This document shows positions 11,712 through 20,000 of a stretch of DNA of 20,000 nucleotides, piece after piece. The notes beneath the pieces were generated by a model. It ran no database searches. It saw only the letters and a list, made by a program, of their open reading frames with translations, and was not told the origin of the DNA. Every line of letters begins with the position of its first letter. Position 1 is the stretch's first letter. The position numbers and the translations under genes were made by a program. Source of the stretch: Acanthaster planci (Eukaryota); contig NW_019091360.1 in assembly GCF_001949145.1 (NCBI RefSeq), positions 4,199,499 to 4,219,498 of the forward strand. Reading direction: 5' to 3'.

Positions 11712-11887
11712 AATACGGCCGTTTCACAATAGTGCGCCACCAAGAGTTTGCAACGCGTTGGCCAATCACAATGTGCGAAATTTGTCAACCCAATGCACGT
11801 TTGAAAATGGTCGACAAATTTCGTGCGTTATGGTTGGCCAGCGTGTTGCAAACTCTTGGTGGTGCACTATTGTGAATCGTCCGTATT
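11712..11887. mobile_element. Palindromic MITE / long inverted repeat (79-bp arms, 18-nt spacer)
   Basis: Arm 11712-11790 versus reverse complement of 11809-11887: 68/79 identical with no gaps. Confidence 0.85.
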
Positions 11888-12641
11888 CAAATCACATTTC
11901 CCAAACAAAGCGCTGTAGGATGTTGTGTTACTGTGAAGCAGAATCTACACTGGAATGCAATATGGTCCTTCTTGAGGAATGACAACTTGACATGCTATTG
12001 AGGACATGCTGGAATCCCAAGCCCTTTTGCAATAAACAGACCTATTGCTGCATCAACCACAAGAGGGCACTCTTTACCTGCTAATAATATATATTGGAGG
12101 AATGGAACAACAACATACATATATATGTCATTAATATTTGCATATGCATGAGTAATTTCTAAGTGACATGCACATACCCAGAGCATCTTGAGTAGGAACC
12201 AGGTGTATGACAACAGAGATGACTAAGCTTTTATTTTCATTGCCAGTAAAGGCGTACTTATCAATTCCACAGCCTTTTGCCAAATCAGCTTGAATTCCCA
12301 TCCAACTCTTCTCATCATGTCCAATCTGAACATTGTTCATAGTACTTCAGACGATCTGGTTATAATTCCCACTAAAAGTATTCAATCCGGTGAAAAATCT
12401 CAGCAGATCTCAAACTACGAGTCTAACGTTCCTGAAGCTAACTTACAGATAATGCAGCAAACGTGAATTTATGCAATTGTATTGGAAAATAGAACATCTA
12501 GAATCTTAGCAGCTCATCTGATGGGGAACAACTCTGCACTAAAACAGCATTTCTACATTTAGCCAATGACAGAGCAGGTGTTTCAGATCACAGCTTTAAT
12601 CTACCTCAGAAGCCACTGCGACACAAATGCCCCTGACTTTC

Positions 12642-12812
12642 TTAAGACTGCTTGTCCTTGTTCAGGATCCAGACACCAATGTTGAGAGTAGAAGCAAGGC
12701 TTATCCAGCCCAGCAATGGGAAGAGAAGCTTGCTAGCTGTCTGATTAATTGGCCAGAACAGGTATGTAGTCACACCTGTCACCCCAAGGTACATCAGAAT
12801 CTCTATGGCAGC
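12642..12812 (-). CDS. TSPO: Translocator protein TSPO (TspO/MBR family), coding exon 3 (terminal)
   Basis: AAIEILMYLGVTGVTTYLFWPINQTASKLLFPLLGWISLASTLNIGVWILNKDKQS*, corresponding to TM4-TM5. Acceptor tttctctttttcacacag. Confidence 0.93.
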   Translation of the reverse strand, partial: AAIEILMYLGVTGVTTYLFWPINQTASKLLFPLLGWISLASTLNIGVWILNKDKQS

Positions 12813-13159
12813 CTGTGTGAAAAAGAGAAAAGCCAAGTGAACAGCTCATCTGTAGTGTGAATGTAATGGTTAACCAAGCACAACCTAGCCAATCTATGGA
12901 AGCCTGTTTGAAAATGACAAAAGACTAGGCCTCTACAGTAATAAGCAAATCTACTGGTGGAATTTTCACAAGAACTCTCAGTCTACAGTTGGGAGCTAAT
13001 AGAAAGTGAAGCAACTGATGTTGGTCTTTAGCAATATCCGAAACAGTATACATGAAAACATTCTAAAGGCCCTGTACTAGGTGTCACTATGCTTTGGATC
13101 CTTAATGTATGCCAACTGTGGTCATCACAGGCTTCCTGTGAGGTCTGGTAGGATGATAC

Positions 13160-14178
13160 CAGGACTCGAATTTTGACGTTTCTTGGAGGGGGGATTACCA
13201 TTTTGGCCTCAGGAATGGGATATTTTAAGGAGCACTGAGGCAAACAACAGGGGCAACGAGGCCACACCTTTTACAGAGAAAAGGCACTGAGGCCAAGATG
13301 TGAAATATTCTGCAAAACAAGTTTTAAAAAGGAAACATAAGAAAAATAGTGTTTTATGTGCTCAAGCTATCATAATTAAATATGGTTTGTAGGCCTACAT
13401 GCATGTTTTTGACAAAACAACCTCTTACAGGATGTAACATGCAGATTTTCTAACAAAGCATTTTTAATTAGACAAAATTAAATCATACAAAAGGATTCCA
13501 GAAAATTAAAAAAAGAAAACTTCTTTTGTTTCCATTTTGAAACACCTTTTTCACTAGCACAGCGCGAGCATACCAACCATATCCCCCTGCATGGCAAAGT
13601 TGACCGACCCATTAGGCCACATAAAAATCAGTTACGCACATATAGTTGAGTGTGCGATGTGCTGCATACGTGCTCTGAAACGAGGAAAAAAATATAGACA
13701 ATAGACCTAGCCATAGCTCTGGAAAGCCCTTTTGGACACGGCCTAAGTCTCATGTCTACCCATACATCGGCGAAGCTGCTGCACATTATGCCAGGCTAGG
13801 ATGGCTGGCTGCCACGCAACTACAAATGCTTGCAGCAAGAAGAACAGAGCTGCAGGACAAGCTACAGGCACGTTAATGAGCTGTACCCAAACAAGCCAGA
13901 TATGGTGCAGTGCAGCCAGGTCTGCTGGCTCAGCTGGCCTGGCCATGCACCCACGTGGCATGAAGACGATCGTGCACTGCAGACCGCACCACGAAATATA
14001 TTTACATGAATTAGAGGTGGGAAACATATGGGAAAAAAAGGGTATTGTTTCAAGGGGCACCACTGCTAGGTAAAATGGGTAACGCGGCCGACAAAGTGGA
14101 AATTTTCTGGGCACCGTGGCCAATTGTAAGGGCACCGAATGCTATGGCTACAGCGGCTGAGGTAAAATTTGAGCCTCG
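13160..14178. mobile_element. Non-autonomous hAT-like DNA transposon (~1.0 kb) in a TSPO intron
   Basis: Imperfect 15-bp TIRs CAGGACTCGAATTTT (13160) and AAAATTTGAGCCTCG (14164-14178), 11/15 match. Direct repeat TGATAC at 13154-13159 and 14179-14184. Subterminal GGGCAC.GNGGCC-like motifs near both ends. Confidence 0.7.
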
Positions 14179-14213
14179 TGATACCATTTGTCGGCAATTT
14201 TGATAAGCCTTAC

Positions 14214-14317
14214 CAGGCCTTTGAGGTGGTACTGAAAGAAAAGTGGGGTCCAAATCCAGTTGAGAGCCAGTGATGCACCGTACATTCCAAGAGGAACCAT
14301 AGCACCGTCAAATCCAC
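14214..14317 (-). CDS. TSPO: TSPO coding exon 2
   Basis: GGFDGAMVPLGMYGASLALNWIWTPLFFQYHLKGL contains the LNxxWxPxFF family signature. Acceptor tttttttgcag, donor gtaagg. Confidence 0.95.
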
Positions 14318-14635
14318 CTGCAAAAAAATGAACATGCTACTTTCATCTTCCTCTCCACTAAAACAACAACAACGCTTACACTGTTCGTGAAACCTTCACT
14401 GGAAACTAACATCGATTAAAAAATAAACTTATTTGTAACATCCTTCTGCATGAAACCAGTTATGAAACACAACTTGAAAAAGGTTAGATTTGGTTTAAGA
14501 GATAGTCTGTGTTATTTGTTGTCACACAATATCAGTAAAAGTGGCTGCAGGGATTAACAGGAAGAGACTGACAAGATGGTGATGAGTGGGGGGGCAGGTG
14601 TCAGGGTTACAGTATGAGGTAATATCTTGCCATAC

Positions 14636-14858
14636 CTCCATCTCGCCACACCAGATATGAAGCATATCCCATGGTGCCATATAGGTAGGTCCACATCGGT
14701 CCAAACACCCACTTGGGTGGATTCCAAGGAACTTTCTTGAGTTGATCATACCACTTCATATTCTCTGAACCTTTTTTCCCTGTGATCCTAGCTCCCACGA
14801 ACCCTCCTGTGAAAGGCAGGGCCACAGCACCAAAAATACGAGCCCATTCCACCGACAT
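14636..14858 (-). CDS. TSPO: TSPO coding exon 1; CDS complement(join(12642..12812,14214..14317,14636..14858)), 165 aa
   Basis: MSVEWARIFGAVALPFTGGFVG...KWYDQLKKVPWNPPKWVFGPMWTYLYGTMGYASYLVWRDG shows the WYxxLxKPxWxPP-type motif. Acceptor ccttttttgttttag (exon starts at 14881), donor gtatgg. The joined CDS is 498 nt and in frame. Confidence 0.95.
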
Positions 14859-15779
14859 TGTTACTTTGAAATAAGCAATGCCTAAAACAAAAAAGGGAAA
14901 CATCTCCACACTTATTAAAGTAGCCTTGGAAAGAGTTCCCTACATTGACATTGCTTGAAACTCTTTGAAAAAACCCTATTGAAAGAGAAATTTTAAGTAC
15001 AGTACTTCCTAAATAAACACTTCAATTTTCCCTCCTAAATTTGACATTTAGGACATTTTATCTCTTCCTGAAGGCTGATATACAAGTAAACTAGATAGGT
15101 TTGCGGTAGCACTGTGGATATATCTCTTTTTGAGCATGCAGGGTTCTGAAGAGCAAAATTAGTGATATCTGCATATTACTGTAGCTCACTGAAATGCACA
15201 ATTTCAAAGTAGCACTGAGGAAGTATTTACTCCAGCTTAGCTAGTCTTAATTTGGCTCATTTTCAGTAATTACTAAGAGGTAAAGTGACTTCAGCTGGGA
15301 GCAAACACGATACTGTTTAAAACAATCTGGCCCACGCCCTCACCTAGGCCTATCATGGGGCCTATCATGTGCACACGTGCGTCATTTTTAAGAATACTTC
15401 ATCTTCACACACACAAAATAGGCATGAGACAGACGTGTACACGTGTGAGCATTCACTGTTGGTACTTATATCTTAGCAAGTTTGTGAACTGTTTGCTGAA
15501 CGTTTAAAACTATAAAATTTAGAGCTCTGATACTAGTATTACTGGTTCACAAGTTCGACATGATTCAGGGCGTGCAAGCCCAGGCCTACACTTCTTGAAT
15601 GAGTAGGTTTTGCGCGCAGATACAGCTGGTTAATTAAGCACAAGCAACGTTCCGTCTTGAAAAGGGGAAGAACTGGCGTTGGCACTAAAAACGTGGAGAC
15701 TAGCCAGCTCCTATAAAATTTGGAGGACCATAGGAGGACGCAGGATCAGGCCACGAAGCTATTAAAATCGAGCACTTAC

Positions 15780-15860
15780 CACCTGACACAAACACTCAGT
15801 TCGGGCAAAATCTATACTTGCTCAGTCATTCAGTTATTCCTTAACCTGGCACGGTAACCT
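15780..15860 (-). other. Putative non-coding first exon / promoter of TSPO
   Basis: Minus-strand donor TG|GTAAGT (plus-strand acttac 15774-15779) in a CpG-richer region. The ATG exon starts with an acceptor. The upstream boundary is approximate. Confidence 0.5.
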
Positions 15861-16041
15861 GCCGCCTACGTCGTAGCACGATATACATGTACATGTACAC
15901 GTTCATAAGTTTGCAAAAAAGCGGGGCCTGACTGAATTGTTGGGTTTACGTAAGATAGCCGTTGCCAAGGACTTCAGCGTGTTGGGCTGTGGCTAGCGCT
16001 TGGGGTCGATATTCTTCAACAGGGGACGCACGTTTCAAAAT

Positions 16042-16520
16042 TTTATTTGATTTATTTGCCTTTCCACGTACTTGATTTAACTAGTAATAAAGAATAAATG
16101 TATATGCATTAACAAGTCGATAACAATGAAAAAATAATGTACTTAAGATATCAAAACTATGGCTACATAACATAAAACATTTGTGGAAATTTAGCAGGGA
16201 TGAAAATCAAAAAAAGTTTTAAAAAGTTAGTTTTATTGCCTTATTGCGATTGAAAAGTTTATTTTATCAATCCTCAAAAACATGAATGGATACAAAAAGC
16301 TCAATACAGCTCGATACTTTTTCTTTCCAGTAGCTTCGGTTATTTTGTAAAATTTAATTCGTTTCGGACAAACTTTTTGTAGGAAATTCGTAACAAAATT
16401 AGAATTTTGAAAAGATCCAGTAGGTGACTTGTAACAATGCGGATCTGTTCGTGATTGTGTGAATTGTTTGAAGAGTATTCAATGAACGCGAATTTCAGGA
16501 AGGGCATCAATCGGGTATAT
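16042..16520 (-). mobile_element. Possible decayed 3' end of a LINE (L2/Crack/CR1-like)
   Basis: (TTTA)-like tail at 16042-16057. Broken minus-strand frames give LPEI..HNHEQIRIVTSHLLDLFK, resembling the LP..F..H.HNTR..L.IP C-terminus of ORF2. Highly degenerate. Confidence 0.35.
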
Positions 16521-17003
16521 ATCTATATACCATTTATTGGCCTATCTGAAGCTTTGGGGGCTTTTTACAAACCTATAAAAGGAAGGAAAAAAGACAGAAA
16601 AATCGTCTTCTCTTATTACCTCCCCAAAAGGCTCTGGGGGTGCCGGGTGGCCCTGGTTCCCCCCCATCGAGTCTTGCTCCTTTGTTCCTGAGTGGTGCTC
16701 AAAGTGCTTTGCATCACGGTACACATTTTGATTCCTCCATGGTTCAACCGTATAGTAAAAAGAAAAGTCCAACCCTACATGTACAGTGTACATGTCCGTA
16801 CTACTCGGTCGTCACACACGAGAGTCCTGGCAGCTTTCGCTCCCACGCAGTAGACTTGTTGAAGACGTTGTTGTGTTGTTGATACGCAAGAGGGCGCTCA
16901 CAAGACAGGTAGCTGGAACCACAATGGAGCTATTAAACATGGCACCACAGACAGGCTATTTATTATGTCTATGGCAAAAGAAATACCCAGAACTGGAAAC
17001 TAT

Positions 17004-17285
17004 TGTAAGAGGTGTGCCCCCTTTTTTGTTTACTAGTCCCCTTAAAATTTTACTCTTTATTGTTTTCTTTCTTTTGTGTGATACACCCCAACCACTTTTT
17101 GTTTTTGCTTTTGGAGTTTCAACTTGGTTTAGACCACTGGATGGGGTGGTGCGCTGGTCTGGGTGGTGTGGTCCAGCATGTTTCAGTGCTGTACCGTTCA
17201 CTACCTATTCCAACCACCTTGTCTGTGTTCTCTCCTTTTCAGCCTGCCAGCAGTCAAGGGTCACAAGCCCCCCACCCCCATTACA
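17004..17285 (+). repeat. 5' LTR (~282 bp)
   Basis: TGTAA(G)...TTACA inverted termini immediately followed by the PBS. The 3' LTR is outside the window, so the 5' boundary and TSD (candidate CTAT) are unverified. Confidence 0.65.
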
Positions 17286-17302
17286 CGTGTCAGAAGTGGG
17301 AT
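17285..17302 (+). promoter_or_regulatory. Primer binding site complementary to the tRNA-Leu 3' end
   Basis: GTGTCAGAAGTGGGAT (17287-17302) gives 16/18 of TGGTGTCAGAAGTGGGAT. Confidence 0.85.
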
Positions 17303-17318
17303 TGTTGGCAACTACATC

Positions 17319-18213
17319 ATGGAAGGAGAGAATATGTGGTTAATGGTGGAGCTGCACCGGCACCTGCAGCCCACCACATCAGCTTCGTGCCAATTGACTT
17401 TAAGGTCAATGTCTTTGCTGGGTTTAGGCAGAGCGTCAATGATCCTACCGTTGAGGATTGGGTTGAAGATATGCGGTCGCTGTTAAAGACCTGGAACACA
17501 CCGATTGACCAGCAGTCCCAAGTGCTGATCAAGTATTTGGGAGGGGAGGCGAAACGAGAGGTGCTGGTCATGCCGGAGGAGGAGCGACGTCGGGCAGACG
17601 ACATTTTTGCTCGACATCTAGACACCTATGGAGACAAGGTACCCGCCGCGACGCTCCTGCAGATGTTTCACAGCAGGAGACAGAAGCCTACAGAGACACT
17701 GAGTTCTCGCTGGCATTGCAGGAAATCCTTGGGAGGCTGAGACAACGAGATCCAGAAGCTGTCAACCGGCCTGATCAACTCCTGAGGGACCGATTTGTCA
17801 CCGGTTTAGACAACGCCGAGGTCCAGCGCATTCTGAAGATGGAACTCCGCAGGAGGCCAGACATGTCCTTCCGGGACGTTACCAGCGATGTCCTTCAATT
17901 GCCTGCTGAAAGAGGAGAAGATGCCGGCGTGAAGGCTGCCAGTGTCCCCCAGGCCCGCTCCCCGATGCAGATCCTCCAGGCCACCCTTGAGAGGCCTGTC
18001 CAGCAGCAACGGGAGATGGCAGAGATGATGGCAGCCATGAGGTTGGAATTAAACCAGCTTCGTTCCAACTCCTCATCTGCCAATGTAAGGAGACTACCGA
18101 GACGGCAACCCAGATGGGACGACCAAGGAAACCCGATCTGCTTGAGATGCGACAAGCCCGGGCACATGGCGAAGGAGTGTGACACCAGGCAACGACTGGC
18201 TCCGTTAAACTAG
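17319..18213 (+). pseudogene. gag: gag (capsid plus CCHC nucleocapsid), with two frameshifts as assembled
   Basis: ATG at 17319 in good Kozak context, with shifts near 17330 and 17700. Motifs EDWVEDM, YLGGEAKREV, RRQKPTETL|EFSLALQE, LRDRFVTGL and CLRCDKPGHMAKEC. Stop TAG at 18211-18213. Confidence 0.88.
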
Positions 18214-20000
18214 AATGTTCCAGTGTCGAGGGCCAGACACTGGAACACTCTAGTAAGGCCGTCGGGGATTGCCTCTACATCGATGTTGTTCTGGGAGGTC
18301 AGGAGGTCACCTGTCTTCTGGACACTGGGTCCCAGGTTTCTACACTACCATATGAGGTCTTCAGGGAATACTTCCAGACTAACATCGAGGAGAGTAGCCT
18401 CGCAAACCCTTACATCCGTTTAGTAGCCGCCAATGGCCTGCAGATCCCATACCAAGGCGTGGTAGAGCTAGATGTGTACTTGATAGGCCGTCAGGTTGAG
18501 CAGGCGGTCTTTTTCATTCTCAAGCCGACTGAGACCCCAACCAGACCAATTCTTGGTATGAACGTGCTGCAGAGCTGTCAAGATTTGCTTTTCAAGGAGT
18601 CAGCGTCTTTCTTCTCAAGAATGATGCAGACAGAGCCTCGGTCCCGGCGCTCCAGGCCACCATCTGATATCGTCTGTGCAGCCAACCAGCGCCCCATAGT
18701 AATACCTGCCGGCACAGAAATGGTCATCCCTGGGCGATGCCACCCCTCTTATGTGCATGAGAGTGCAGTCCTGATTGAGCCAACCCCTGCGAAGTTCCTG
18801 CCCAAACATCTCGTGATTGCCAAGAGGGTCTGTACAACCACAAAGGGCCTTGTTCCTGTTCAAGTAGCCAACCCTAATCAGTGGGATGTCAAGGCACACA
18901 GTGGAATGAGGCTAGCACAAATGAGTGGTGTGACTGAAGTGCTGAAGAGTGCACCATCTGTGGACAAGCTGGAGTTGGTCGAGCTGGGGTTACTGAGGTG
19001 AAAGTGAGTCTTTGGGAGCAGACAGAGGATGGATGTAAGATCACACCACAGGAGCTGCCAGTGCCGGTGAATGTTGGTCGAGAGGACTTGACCACAGATG
19101 AATTTGGGCAGCTGTGCTCCCTTCTTCATCGACACCAGGATGTTTTCTCCAAAGATAGCAACAATTTTGGGAAGACCACTACAGTACAACATAAGATCCC
19201 CACTGAGACGAATAGACCCATCAAGGAACGGTATCGGCGAGTCCCCCCACACCTGTACAAGGAGGTGAAAGACCACCTCAAGGCCCTTCTGAGTAAGGAG
19301 GTCATCAGAGCTCCAGCCCTTGGGCTTCTCCTATCGTGTTGGTTAGGAAGAAGTGTGGAGACTTGCATTTATGTGTTGACTACCGACGCCTTAATGCAGT
19401 CACCACCCCTGATGCCTACCCATTGCCCAGAATTGAGGAGTCCCTGGATGCCCTCCGTGGCTCCAGATATTTCTCCACCATTGACCTGATGAGCGGCTAC
19501 TGGCAGATTGAAATGGATCCAGTTGACCGGGCTAAGATGGCTTTCACAACTCCTATGGGATTGTATGAGTTTAATAGGATGCCATTTGGCTTGAGTAATG
19601 CACCGGCGACTTTTCAGCGATTCATGGAGCGGTGTTTTGGAGATCAGTCCTGTGAGACGCTCATGTTTTACCTTGATGACATTATTGTATTCTCTGCTGA
19701 CTTCACGTCACATCTTGAAAGGTTGAACATGGTCTTCTCTCGCTTAGCAGAACATGGTCTCAAGGCAAAACCTTCCAAGTGTCACCTGCTCAAGAGCTCC
19801 ATCAACTTCCTTGGGCATGTGGTATCAGCAGACGGCATCCAAACTGACCCGGTCAAATGTTCAGCGTTGGAGGAATGGCCTGTCCCAACCTCGGCCAAAG
19901 CTGTACGGCAATTCCTAGGCTTTGCAGGGTATTATAGGAGGTTCGTGAAGGATTTTTCAAAGATTGCCAAGCCCCTGTATGCTCTGACATCGCAGCCCAA
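18201..20000 (+). pseudogene. pol: pol (protease, dUTPase-like insert, reverse transcriptase), in the -1 frame to gag, with two frameshifts as assembled; partial
   Basis: DTG at 18321-18329, shifts near 18988 and 19309, YLDD at 19669-19680. The final frame is open to the window end. Confidence 0.92.

Larger units (their letters stand above)
17004..20000 (+). mobile_element. Ty3/gypsy (Metaviridae) LTR retrotransposon, 5' part, running off the right edge
   Basis: LTR, PBS, gag with a CCHC knuckle, aspartic protease (LLDTGSQV) and RT (LCVDYRRLN, DAYPLPRI, MPFGLSNAPATFQR, YLDD, FLGH, FLGFAGYYRRFV), in PR-RT order. Confidence 0.97.

Noticed and set aside
13743..14135. 130-aa and overlapping ORFs in the TSPO intron
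   Set aside because: They lie inside the non-autonomous hAT-like element and show no transposase or other motifs.
16932..16956. CA|TGGCACCACAGACAGG as an alternative LTR end and PBS
   Set aside because: I cannot match it to a tRNA 3' end. The 17285-17302 site is a 16/18 tRNA-Leu match directly after TTACA and just before gag.
16786..17343. 185-aa hydrophobic ORF upstream of gag (env-like?)
   Set aside because: It runs across the flank, the T-rich LTR and the PBS. The hydrophobicity is compositional and the position is wrong for env.

Overview
Eukaryotic, intron-containing invertebrate DNA; the recurrent TACATGTA/TAGGCCTA palindromes suggest a marine invertebrate such as an echinoderm, hemichordate or amphioxus (inference). 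There are three host genes, largely missed by the ORF track because they are spliced. (1) The first coding exon of a PP6 regulatory subunit (SAPS/PPP6R family, minus strand, MFWKFD...), which continues off the left edge. (2) A complete 5-coding-exon SINHCAF/FAM60A gene (plus strand, 8135-9873, 295 aa), head-to-head with PPP6R across a motif-rich promoter at about 5000-5800. (3) A complete 3-coding-exon TSPO gene (minus strand, 14858-12642, 165 aa), tail-to-tail with SINHCAF. The right end (17004-20000) is the 5' part of a Ty3/gypsy LTR retrotransposon with LTR, tRNA-Leu PBS, gag, protease, a dUTPase-like insert and RT. It has a clear -1 frameshift signal (GUUAAAC plus a predicted pseudoknot) and four same-direction frameshifts but no premature nonsense codons. 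Several non-autonomous DNA transposons are present: a foldback-type element with a nested MITE, a 176-bp palindromic MITE, and a 1-kb hAT-like element with a 6-bp TSD. I see no wholly new multi-gene system. The best leads are the PRF signal, the pseudo-dUTPase domain, the CRAC-less TSPO and the helically phased hAT-like element.
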